Below are positions 1 through 12,700 of a DNA stretch of 24,938 bases, in pieces; positions within the stretch are counted from its first letter, which is position 1; each line of letters opens with the position of its first letter. A program made the position numbers and the translations under genes. The notes beneath the pieces are model-generated. The model was given only the letters and a program-made list of their open reading frames with translations, was not told the DNA's origin and made no database searches. The DNA comes from Utricularia gibba (lineage: Eukaryota > Plantae > Magnoliophyta), in the NCBI GenBank assembly GCA_002189035.1, contig NEEC01000423.1, forward strand, positions 1-24,938, written 5' to 3'.

Positions 1-3000
1 AAGCTGTTCCTTGAAAAACATGTAGGCAGCCCCAAAAACTGAACGTTAATAAATACATCACTTTATTTTCCGAGCTACAACTAACTCTCGCGCAAGCCAA
101 ACCTGACCTTTGTCCCGTTCTAGGTGCACCCCAAGACCGCCTCCTCAAGTATAAAGTAAGTTGTTGAAAAAATCATGTGGGGTGCACGTGATATCGTAAT
201 TTAAACAAGCATCATTTTTTTTAATCGATTTGCATCCGGTTGACCTCATGAGCCATACAAATCGGGGTCAAGGACCAAGTTCCCAGCGAGACTGGCCGCC
301 ACAAAGAGAAGCTGTTCCTTGAAAAACCATGTAGGCAGCCCCCAAAAACTGAACGTTAATAAATACATCACTTTATTTTCCGAGCTACAACTAACTCTCC
401 GCAAGCCAAACCTGACCTTTGTCCCGTTCTAGTGCACCCCAAGACCGCCTCCTCAAGTATAAAGTAAGTTGTTGAAAAAATCATGTGGGGTGCACGTGAT
501 ATCGTAATTTAAAAAGGCATCATTTTTTTAATCGATTTCATCCGGTTGACCTCATGAGCATACATAATCGGGGTCAAGGACCAAGTTCCCAGCGAGACTG
601 GCCGCCACAAAACGAGAAGCTGTTCCTTGAAAACCATGTAGGCAGCCCCCAAAACTGAACGTTAATAAATACATCACTTTATTTTCCGAGTACAACTAAC
701 TCTCGGCGCAAGCCAAACCTGACCTTTGTCCCGTTCAGGTGCACCCCAAGACCGCCTCCACAAGTATAAAGCAAGTTGTTGAAAAAATCATGTGGGGTGC
801 ACGTGATATCGTAATTTAAAGAAAGGCATCATTTTTTTAATCGATTTCCATCCGGTTGACCTCATGAGCCATACAGAATCGGGGTCAAGGACCAAGTTCC
901 CAGCGAGACTGGCCGCCACAAAACGAGAAGCTGTTCCTTGAAAAACCATGTAGGCAGCCCCCAAAACTGAACGTTAATAATACATCACTTTATTTGCCGA
1001 CAACTAACTCTCGGCGCAAGCCAAACCTGACCTTTGTCCCGTTCTAGGTGCACCCCAAGACCGCCTCCACAAGTATAAAGTAAGTTGTTAAAAATCATGT
1101 GGGGTGCACGTGATATCGTAATTGCATCATTTTTTAATCAATTTGCATCCGGTTGACCTCATGAGCAATACATAATCGGGGTCAAGGACCAAGTTCCCAG
1201 CGAGACTGGCCGCCACAAAACGAGAAGCTGTTCCTTGAAAAACCATGTAGGCAGCCCCCAAAACTGAACGTTAATAAATACATCACTTTATTTCCGAGTT
1301 ACAACTAACTCTCGGCGCAAGCCAAACCTGACCTTTGTCCCGTTCAGGTGCACCCAAGACCGCCTTATAAAGTTGTTGAAAAAATCATGTGGGGTGCACG
1401 TGATATCGTAATTTAAAAAAGGCATCATTTTCTTTAATCGATTTCCATCCGGTTGACCTCATGAGCATACAGAATCGGGGGACCAAGTTCCCAGCGAGAC
1501 TGGCCGCCACAAAACGAGAAGCTGTTCCTTGAAAAACCATGTAGGCAGCCCCCAAAAACTGAACGTTAATAAATACATCACTTTATTTGTACAACTAACT
1601 CTCGCGCAAGCCAAACCTGACCTTTGTCCCGTTCAAGGTGCACCCCAAGACCGCCTCCTCAAGTATAAAGTAAGTTGTTGAAAAAATCATGTGGGGTGCA
1701 CGTGATATCGTAATTTAAACAAAGGCATCATTTTCTTTAATCGATTTCCATCCGGTTGACCTCATGAGCCATATCGGGGTCAGGACCAAGTTCCCAGCGA
1801 GACTGGCCGCCACAAAACGAGAAGCTGTTCCTTGAAAAACCATGTAGGCAGCCCCCAAAACTGAACGTTAATAAATACATCACTTTATTTTCCGAGCTAC
1901 AACTAACTCTCGCGCAAGCCAAACCTGACCTTTGTCCCGTTCTAGGTGCACCCAAGACCGCCTCCTCAAGTATAAAGTAAGTTGTTGAAAAAATCATGTG
2001 GGGTGCACGTGATATCGTAATTTAAACAAGGCATCATTTTTTAATCATTTGCATCCGGTTGACCTCATGAGCAATACAATCGGGGTCAAGGACCAAGTTC
2101 CCAGCGAGACTGGCCGCCACAAAACGAGAAGCTGTTCCTTGAAAAACCATGTAGGCAGCCCCCAAAACTGAACGTTAATAAATACATCACTTTATTTTCC
2201 GAGCTACAACTAACTCTCGGCGCAAGCAAACCTGACCTTTGTCCCGTTCTAGGTGCACCCCAGACCGCCTCCTCAAGTATAAAGTAAGTTGTTGAAAAAA
2301 TCATGTGGGGTGCACGTGATATCGTAATTTAAAAAAGGCATCATTTTTTTTAATCGATTTCCATCCGGTTGACCTCATGAGCCTACAGAATCGGGGTCAA
2401 GGACCAAGTTCCCAGCGACTGGCCGCCACAAAACGAGAAGCTGTTCCTTGAAAAACCATGTAGGCAGCCCCCAAAAACTGAACGTTAATAAATACATCAC
2501 TTTATTTGCCGACAACTAACTCTCGGCGCAAGCCAAACCTGACCTTTGTCCCGTTCTAGGTGCTCCTCAAGTATAAAGTAAGTTGTTGAAAAAATCATGT
2601 GGGGTGCACGTGATATCGTAATTTAAACAACATCATTTTTTTAATCGATTTGCATCCGGTTGACCTCATGAGCCATACATAATCGGGGTCAAGCCAAGTT
2701 CCCAGCGAGACTGGCCGCCACAAAACGAGAAGCTGTTCCTTGAAAAACCATGTAGGCAGCCCCCAAAACTGAACGTTAATAAATACATCACTTTAACAAC
2801 TAACTCTCGGCGCAAGCCAAACCTGACCTTTGTCAGGTGCACCCAAGACCGCTCCTCAAGTATAAAGCAAGTTGTTGAAAAAATCATGTGGGGTGCACGT
2901 GATATCGTAATTTAAAGAAAGGCATCATTTTTTTAATCGATTTCCATCCGGTTGACCTCATGAGCCATACAGAATCGGGTCAGGACCAAGTTCCCAGCGA

Positions 3001-6000
3001 GACTGGCCGCCACAAAACGAGAAGCTGTTCCTTGAAAAACCATGTAGGCAGCCCCAAAAAACTGAACGTTAATAAATACATCACTTTATTTGCCTACAAC
3101 TAACTCTCGCGCAAGCCAAACCTGACCTTTGTCCCGTTCAAGGTGCACCCCAAGACCGCTCCTCAAGTATAAAGTAAGTTGTTGAAAAAATCATGTGGGG
3201 TGCACGTGATATCGTAATTTAAACAAAGGCATCATTTTTTTAATCGATTTGCATCCGGTTGACCTCATGAGCCATACAGAATCGGGGTCAAGGACCAAGT
3301 TCCCAGCGAGACTGGCCGCCACAAAACGAGAAGCTGTTCCTTGAAAAACCATGTAGGCAGCCCCCGAAAACTGAACGTTAATAAATACATCACTTTATTT
3401 TCCGAGCTACAACTAACTCTCGGCGCAAGCCAAACCTGACCTTTGTCCCGTTCTAGGTGCACCCCAAGACCGCCTCCTCAAGTATAAAGTAAGTTGTTGA
3501 AAAATCATGTGGGGTGCACGTGATATCGTAATTTAAACAAGGCATCATTTTTTTAATCGATTTGCATCCGGTTGACCTCATGAGCCATACAGAATCGGGT
3601 CAAGGACCAAGTTCCCAGCGAGACTGGCCGCCACAAAACGAGAAGCTGTTCCTTGAAAAACCATGTAGGCAGCCCCCAAAACTGAACGTTAATAAATACA
3701 TCACTTTATTTCCGAGCTACAACTAACTCTCGGCGCAAGCCAAACCTGACCTTTGTCCCGTTCTAGGTGCACCCAAGACCGCTCCACAAGTATAAAGTAA
3801 GTTGTTGAAAAAATCATGTGGGGTGCACGTGATATCGTAATTTAAACAAAGGCATCATTTTTTTAATCGATTTCCATCCGGTTGACCTCATGAGCCATAC
3901 AGAATCGGGGTCAGGACCAAGTTCCCAGCGAGACTGGCCGCCAAAACGAGAAGCTGTTCCTTGAAAAACCATGTAGGCAGCCCCCAAAACTGAACGTTAA
4001 TAAATACATCACTTTATTTGCCACAACTAACTCTCGGCGCAAGCCAAACCTGACCTTTGTCCCGTTCTAGGTGCACCCCAAGACCGCCTCCTCAAGTATA
4101 AAGTAAGTTGTTGAAAAAATCATGTGGGGTGCACGTGATATCGTAATTTAAACAAAGGCATCATTTTTTTTAATCGATTTCATCCGGTTGACCTCATGAG
4201 CCATACATAATCGGGTCAAGGACCAAGTTCCCAGCGAGACTGGCCGCCACAAAACGAGAAGCTGTTCCTTGAAAAACATGTAGGCAGCCCCCAAAACTGA
4301 ACGTTAATAAATACATCACTTTATTTTCCGAGCTACAACTAACTCGGCGCAAGCCAAACCTGACCTTTGTCCCGTTCTAGGTGCACCCCAAGACCGCCTC
4401 CTCAAGTATAAAGTAAGTTGTTGAAAAAATCATGTGGGGTGCACGTGATATCGTAATTTAAACAAAGGCATCATTTTTTTAATCGATTTCATCCGGTTGA
4501 CCTCATGAGCCATACAGAATCGGGGTCAAGGACCAAGTTCCCAGCGAGACTGGCCGCCACAAAACGAGAAGCTGTTCCTTGAAAAACCATGTAGGCAGCC
4601 CCCAAAACTGAACGTTAATAAATACATCACTTTATTTTCCGAGTACAACTAACTCTCCGCAAGCCAAACCTGACCTTTGTCCCGTTCTAGGTGCACCCCA
4701 AGACCGCCTCCTCAAGTATAAAGTAAGTTGTTGAAAAAATCATGTGGGTGCACGTGATATCGTAATTTAAACAAAGGCATCATTTTAATCGATTTGCATC
4801 CGGTTGACCTCATGAGCATACAGAATCGGGGTCAAGGACCAAGTTCCCAGCGAGACTGGCCGCCACAAAACGAGAAGCTGTTCCTTGAAAAACCATGTAG
4901 GCAGCCCCAAAAACTGAACGTTAATAAATACATCACTTTATTTTTACAACTAACTCTCGCGCAAGCCAAACCTGACCTTTGTCCCGTTCTAGGTGCACCC
5001 CAAGACCGCCTCCTCAAGTATAAAGTAAGTTGTTGAAAAAATCATGTGGGGTGCACGTGATATCGTAATTTAAACAAAGGCATCATTTTTTTTAATCGAT
5101 TTCATCCGGTTGACCTCATGAGCCATACAGAATCGGGGTCAAGGACCAAGTTCCAGCGAGACTGGCCGCCACAAAACGAGAAGCTGTTCCTTGAAAAACC
5201 ATGTAGGCAGCCCCCAAAAACTGAACGTTAATAAATACATCACTTTATTTCCGAGCTACAACTAACTCTCGGCGCAAGCCAAACCTGACCTTTGTCCCGT
5301 TCAGGTGCACCCCAAGACCGCCTCCTCAAGTATAAAAGTTGTTGAAAAAATCATGTGGGGTGCACGTGATATCGTAATTTAAAGAAAGGCATCATTTTTT
5401 TAATCGATTTCATCCGGTTGACCTCATGAGCCATACAGAATCGGGGTCAGGACCAAGTTCCCAGCGAGACTGGCCGCCACAAAACGAGAAGCTGTTCCTT
5501 GAAAAACCATGTAGGCAGCCCCCAAAACTGAACGTTAATAAATACATCACTTTATTTTCCGAGCTACAACTAACTCTCGCAAGCCAAACCTGACCTTTGT
5601 CCAGGTGCACCCCAAGACCGCCTCCTCAAGTATAAAGTAAGTTGTTAAAAATCATGTGGGGTGCACGTGATATCGTAATTTAAAAACAACATTTTTTAAT
5701 CGATTTGCATCCGGTTGACCTCATGAGCAATACAGAATCGGGGTCAAGGACCAAGTTCCCAGCGAGACTGGCCGCCACAAAACGAGAAGCTGTTCCTTGA
5801 AAAACCATGTAGGCAGCCCCCGAAAACTGAACGTTAATAAATACATCACTTTATTTTCCGAGCTACAACTAACTCTCGGCGCAAGCCAAACCTGACCTTT
5901 GTCCCGTTCTAGGTGCACCCAAGACCGCCTCCTCAAGTATAAAGTAAGTTGTTGAAAAAATCATGTGGGTGCACGTGATATCGTAATTTAAACAAAGCAT

Positions 6001-6769
6001 CATTTTTTTTAATCGATTTGCATCCGTTGACCTCATGAGCGGGTCAAGGACCAAGTTCCCAGCGAGACTGGCCGCACAAAACGAGAAGCTGTTCCTTGAA
6101 AAACCATGTAGGCAGCCCCCAAAAACTGAACGTTAATAAATACATCACTTTATTTTCCGAGCTACAACTAACTCTCGGCGCAAGCCAAACCTGACCTTTG
6201 TCCCGTTCCAGGTGCACCCCAAGACCGCCTCCACAAGTATAAAGCAAGTTGTTGAAAAAATCATGTGGGGTGCACGTGATATCGTAATTTAAACAAGGCA
6301 TCATTTTTTTTAATCGATTTGCATCCGGTTGACCTCATGAGCCATACAGAATCGGGGTCAAGGACCAAGTTCCAGCGAGACTGGCCGCCAAAAACGAGAA
6401 GCTGTTCCTTGAAAAACCATGTAGGCAGCCCCAAAAACTGAACGTTAATAAAGAGCTACAACTAACTCTCGGCGCAAGCCAAACCTGACCTTTGTCCCGT
6501 TCTAGGTGCACCCCAAGACCGCTCCTCAAGTATAAAGCAAGTTGTTGAAAAAATCATGTGGGGTGCACGTGATATCGTAATTTAAACAAAGCATCATTTT
6601 TTTTAATCAATTTGCATCCGGTTGACCTCATGAGCAATACATAATCGGGTCAAGGACCAAGTTCCCAGCGAGACTGGCCGCCACAAAACGAGAAGCTGTT
6701 CCTTGAAAAACCATGTAGGCAGCCCCGAAAACTGAACGTTAATAAATACATCACTTTATTTGACAACTA

Positions 6770-8010
6770 ACTCTCGCGCAAGCCAAACCTGACCTTTGTC
6801 CCGTTCTAGGTGCACCCCAAGACCGCCTCCTCAAGTATAAAGTAAGTTGTTGAAAAATCATGTGGGGTGCACGTGATATCGTAATTCAAAGCATCATTAA
6901 TCAATTTGCATCTTGACCTCATGAGGGCCAAGTTCCCAGCGAGACTGGCCGCCACAAAACGAGAAGCTGTTCCTTGAAAAACATGTAGGCAAAAACTGAA
7001 CGTTAAGCAACTAACTCTCGGCGCAAGCCAAACCTGACCTTTGTCCAGGTGCACCCAAGACCAAGTATAAAGTAAGTTGTTGAAAAAATCATGTGGGGTG
7101 CACGTGATATCGTAATTTAAACAAAGGCATCATTTTTTTAATCAATTTGCATCCGGTTGACCTCATGAGCAATACATAATCGGGGTCAAGGACCAAGTTC
7201 CCAGCGAGACTGGCCGCCAAAACGAGAAGCTGTTCCTTGAAAAAACCATGTAGGCAGCCCCCCAAAACTGAACGTTAATAAATACATCACTTTATTTTCC
7301 GCTACAACTAACTCTCGGCGCAAGCCAAACCTGACCTTTGTCCCGTTCAGGTGCACCCAAGACCGCCTCCTCAAGTATAAAGTAAGTTGTTGAAAAATCA
7401 TATATCGTAATTTAAACAAAGGCATCATTTTTTTTAATCAATTTGCATCCGGTTGACCTCATGAGCAATACAAATCGGGGTCAAGGACCAAGTTCCCAGC
7501 GAGACTGGCCGCCACAAACGAGAAGCTAAAAACATGTAGGCAGCCCCAAAACTGAACGTTAATAAATACATCACTTTATTTCCGTACAACTAACTCTCGG
7601 CGCAAGCCAAACCTGACCTTGTCCCGTTCTAGGTGCACCCAAGACCGCCTCCAAGTATAAAGTAAGTTGTTGAAAAATCATGTGGGGTGCACGTGATATC
7701 CATCATTTTCTTTAATCGGGTTGACCTCATGAGCATACATCTTCCAGCGAGACTGGCCGCCACAAAACGAGAAGCTGTTCTTGAAAAACCATGTATGAAC
7801 GTTAATAAATACATCACTTTATTTGTACAACTAACTCTCGCAAGCCAAACCTGACCTTTGTCCCGGTGCACCCAAGACCGCCTCTCAATAAAGTAAGTTG
7901 TTAAAAAATCATGTGGGTGCACGTGATATCGTAATTTAAACAAAGCATCATTTTTTAATCGATTTCATCCGGTTGACCTCATGACATACGGGGTCAAGGA
8001 CCAAGTTCCC
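6770..8010. other. Deletion-dense segment of the array, probably a low-quality stretch of a raw long read
   Basis: Many non-recurrent multi-base deletions (e.g. around 6885-6925, 6985-7010, 7395-7400, 7700-7800) shorten monomers to roughly 230-300 bp. None of these deletions recurs in the cleaner 13-25 kb part. Confidence 0.6.
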
Positions 8011-9319
8011 AGCGAGACTGGCCGCCACAAAACGAGAAGCTGTTCCTTGAAAAACCATGGCAGCCCCCGAAAACTGAACGTTAATAAATACATCACTTTA
8101 TTTTCCGAGCTACAACTAACTCTCGGCGCAAGCCAAACCTGACCTTTGTCCCGTTCTAGGTGCACCCAAGACCGCCTCCTCAAGTATAAAGTAAGTTGTT
8201 GAAAAAATCATGTGGGGTGCACGTGATATCGTAATTTAAACAAAGCATCATTTTTTTTAATCAATTTGCATCCGGTTGACCTCATGAGCATACATAATCG
8301 GGTCAAGGACCAAGTTCCCAGCGAGACTGGCCGCACAAAACGAGAAGCTGTTCCTTGAAAAACCATGTAGGCAGCCCCCAAAACTGAACGTTAATAAATA
8401 CATCACTTTATTTCCGAGCTACAACTAACTCTCGGCGCAAGCCAAACCTGACCTTTGTCCCGTTCTAGGTGCACCCCAAGACCCTCCTCAAGTATAAAGT
8501 AAGTTGTTGAAAAAATCATGTGGGGTGCACGTGATATCGTAATTTAAACAAGGCATCATTTTTTTAATCGATTTGCATCCGGTTGACCTCATGAGCCATA
8601 CAGAATCGGGTCAAGGACCAAGTTCCCAGCGAGACTGGCCGCCACAAAACGAGAAGCTGTTCCTTGAAAAACCATGTAGGCAGCCCCCAAAAACTGAACG
8701 TTAATAAATACATCACTTTATTTTCGAGCTACAACTAACTCTCGGCGCAAGCCAAACCTGACCTTTGTCCCGTTCTAGGTGCACCCCAAGACCGCTCCTC
8801 AAGTATAAAGTAAGTTGTTGAAAAAATCATGTGGGGTGCACGTGATATCGTAATTTAAACAAAGGCATCATTTTTTTTAATCGATTTGCATCCGGTTGAC
8901 CTCATGAGCCATACATAATCGGGGTCAAGGACCAAGTTCCCAGCGAGACTGGCCGCCACAAAACGAGAAGCTGTTCCTTGAAAAACCATGTAGGCAGCCC
9001 CCAAAACTGAACGTTAATAAATACATCACTTTATTTTCCGAGCTACAACTAACTCTCGGCGCAAGCCAAACCTGACCTTTGTCCCGTTCTAGGTGCACCC
9101 CAAGACCGCCTCCTCAAGTATAAAGTAAGTTGTTGAAAAATCATGTGGGGTGCACGTGATATCGTAATTTAAAGAAAGGCATCATTTTTTTTAATCGATT
9201 TCATCCGGTTGACCTCATGAGCCATACATAATCGGGGTCAAGGACCAAGTTCCCAGCGAGACTGGCCGCCACAAAACGAGAAGCTGTTCCTTGAAAAACA
9301 TGTAGGCAGCCCCCAAACT

Positions 9320-9730
9320 GAACGTTAATAAATACATCACTTTATTTCCGAGCTACAACTAACTCTCGGCGCAAGCCAAACCTGACCTTTGTCCCGTTCT
9401 AGGTGCACCCCAAGACCGCCCCTCAAGTATAAAGTAAGTTGTTGAAAAAATCATGTGGGTGCACGTGATATCGTAATTTAAACAAAGGCATCATTTTTTT
9501 AATCAATTTGCATCCGGTTGACCTCATGAGCAATACATAATCGGGTCAAGGACCAAGTTCCAGCGAGACTGGCCGCCACAAAACGAGAAGCTGTTCCTTG
9601 AAAAACATGTAGGCAGCCCCCGAAAACTGAACCATCCGGTTGACCTCATGAGCCATACAGAATCGGGGTCAAGGACCAAGTTCCCAGCGAGACTGGCCGC
9701 CACAAAACGAGAAGCTGTTCCTTGAAAAAC
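9320..9730. repeat. Truncated monomer: ~190-bp internal deletion with a clean junction at 9631/9632
   Basis: ...CCCCCGAAAACTGAA|CCATCCGGTTGACC... jumps from consensus position ~44 to ~235 with no intervening junk. Confidence 0.6.
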
Positions 9731-12700
9731 CATGTAGGCAGCCCCCAAAACTGAACGTTAATAAATACATCACTTTATTTTCCGAGCTACAACTAACTCT
9801 CGGCGCAAGCCAAACCTGACCTTTGTCCGTTCTAGGTGCACCCAAGACCGCCTCCTCAAGTATAAAGTAAGTTGTTGAAAAAATCATGTGGGGTGCACGT
9901 GATATCGTAATTTAAAAAAGGCATCATTTTCTTTAATCGATTTCCATCCGGTTGACCTCATGAGCCATACAGAATCGGGGTCAAGGACCAAGTTCCCAGC
10001 GAGACTGGCCGCCACAAAACGAGAAGCTGTTCCTTGAAAAACCATGTAGGCAGCCCCCAAAACTGAACGTTAATAAATACATCACTTTATTTGCCGAGCT
10101 ACAACTAACTCTCGGCGCAAGCCAAACCTGACCTTTGTCCCGTTCTAGGTGCACCCAAAGACCGCCTCCTCAAGTATAAAGTAAGTTGTTGAAAAAATCA
10201 TGTGGGGTGCACGTGATATCGTAATTTAAACAAAGCATCATTTTTTTAATCAATTTGCATCCGGTTGACCTCATGAGCAATACATAATCGGGGTCAAGGA
10301 CCAAGTTCCCAGCGAGACTGGCCGCCACAAAACGAGAAGCTGTTCCTTGAAAAACCATGTAGGCAGCCCCCAAAACTGAACGTTAATAAATACATCACTT
10401 TATTTGCCGAGCTACAACTAACTCTCGGCGCAAGCCAAACCTGACCTTTGTCCCGTTCTAGGTGCACCCAAGACCGCCTCCTCAAGTATAAAGTAAGTTG
10501 TTGAAAAAATCATGTGGGGTGCACGTGATATCGTAATTTAAACAAAGGCATCATTTTTTTAATCAATTTGCATCCGGTTGACCTCATGAGCAATACATAA
10601 TCGGGGTCAAGGACCAAGTTCCCAGCGAGACTGGCCGCCACAAACGAGAAGCTGTTCCTTGAAAAACCATGTAGGCAGCCCCAAAACTGAACGTTAATAA
10701 ATACATCACTTTATTACAACTAACTCTCGGCGCAAGCCAAACCTGACCTAACCCAAGACCGCCTCCTCAAGTATAACATCCCATGTTGAACGTGAGCTAC
10801 AACTAACTCTCGGCGCAAGCCAAACCTGACCTTTGTCCCGTTCTAGGTGCACCCAAGACCGCCTCCTCAAGTATAAAGTAAGTTGTTGAAAAAATCATGT
10901 GGGTGCACGTGATATCGTAATTTAAACAAAGGCATCATTTTTTTAATCAATTTGCATCCGGTTGACCTCATGAGCAATACATAATCGGGGTCAAGGACCA
11001 AGTTCCCAGCGAGACTGGCCGCCACAAAACGAGAAGCTGTTCCTTGAAAAACCATGTAGGCAGCCCCCAAAAACTGAACGTTAATAAATACATCACTTTA
11101 TTTTCCGAGCTACAACTAACTCTCGGCGCAAGCCAAACCTGACCTTTGTCCCGTTCTAGGTGCACCCAAGACCGCCTCCCAAGTATAAAGTAAGTTGTTG
11201 AAAAAATCATGTGGGGTGCACGTGATAGTAATTTAAACAAAGGCATCATTTTTTTAATCATTTGCATCCGGTTGACCTCATGAGCCATACATAATCGGGG
11301 TCAAGGACCAAGTTCCCAGCGAGACTGGCCGCCACAAAACGAGAAGCTGTTCCTTGAAAAACCATGTAGGCAGCCCCCAAAACTGAACGTTAATAAATAC
11401 ATCACTTTATTTTCCGAGCTACAACTAACTCTCGCGCAAGCCAAACCTGACCTTTGTCCCGTTCTAGGTGCACCCCAAGACCGCCTCCTCAAGTATAAAG
11501 TAAGTTGTTGAAAAAATCATGTGGGGTGCACGTGATATCGTAATTTAAACAAAGGCATCATTTTTTTAATCATTTGCATCCGGTTGACCTCATGAGCATA
11601 CAGAATCGGGGTCAAGGACCAAGTTCCCAGCGAGACTGGCCGCCACAAAACGAGAAGCTGTTCCTTGAAAAACCATGTAGGCAGCCCCCAAAACTGAACG
11701 TTAATAAATACATCACTTTATTTCCGAGCTACAACTAACTCTCGGCGCAAGCCAAACCTGACCTTTGTCCCGTTCTAGGTGCACCCCAAGACCGCCTCCT
11801 CAAGTATAAAGTAAGTTGTTGAAAAAATCATGTGGGGTGCACGTGATATCGTAATTTAAAAAGGCATCATTTTTTTAATCAATTTGCATCCGGTTGACCT
11901 CATGAGCCATACATAATCGGGGTCAAGGACCAAGTTCCCAGCGAGACTGGCCGCCACAAAACGAGAAGCTGTTCCTTGAAAAACCATGTAGGCAGCCCCG
12001 AAAACTGAACGTTAATAAATACATCACTTTATTTGCCGAGCTACAACTAACTCTCGGCGCAAGCCAAACCTGACCTTTGTCCCGTTCTAGGTGCACCCCA
12101 AGACCGCCTCCTCAAGTATAAAGTAAGTTGTTGAAAAAATCATGTGGGGTGCACGTGATATCGTAATTTAAAAAAGGCATCATTTTTTAATCAATTTGCA
12201 TCCGGTTGACCTCATGAGCCATAAATCGGGGTCAAGGACCAAGTTCCCAGCGAGACTGGCCGCCACAAACGAGAAGCTGTTCCTTGAAAAACCATGTAGG
12301 CAGCCCCAAAATGAACGTTAATAAATACATCACTTTATACAACTAACTCTCTGACCTTTGTCCGTTCTAGGTGCACCCCAAGACCGCCTCCTCAAGTATA
12401 AAGTAAGTTGTTGAAAAAATCATGTCGTGATATCGTAATTTAAACCAGTTGGAGGGCGCAAGCCAAACCTGACCTTTGTCCCGTTCTAGGTGCACCCAAG
12501 ACCGCCTCTCAAGTATAAAGTAAGTTGTTGAAAAATCATGTGGGGTGCACGTGATATCGTAATTAAACAAAGGCATCATTTTTTTTAATCGATTTGCATC
12601 CGGTTGACCTCATGAGCCATACATAATCGGGGTCAAGGACCAAGTTCCCAGCGAGACTGGCCGCCACAAAACGAGAAGCTGTTCCTTGAAAAACCATGTA

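Noticed and set aside
10777-10793. Apparent insertion or rearrangement CATCCCATGTTGAACGT
   Set aside because: It consists of in-order fragments of the skipped monomer (CATC, CCATGT, TGAACGT) inside an error-rich patch, typical of a long-read skip artefact.
12446-12454. Apparent novel junction CAGTTGGAG with ~200 bp missing
   Set aside because: It lies in a locally garbled stretch (12290-12460) with several other unique deletions; most likely a read artefact.
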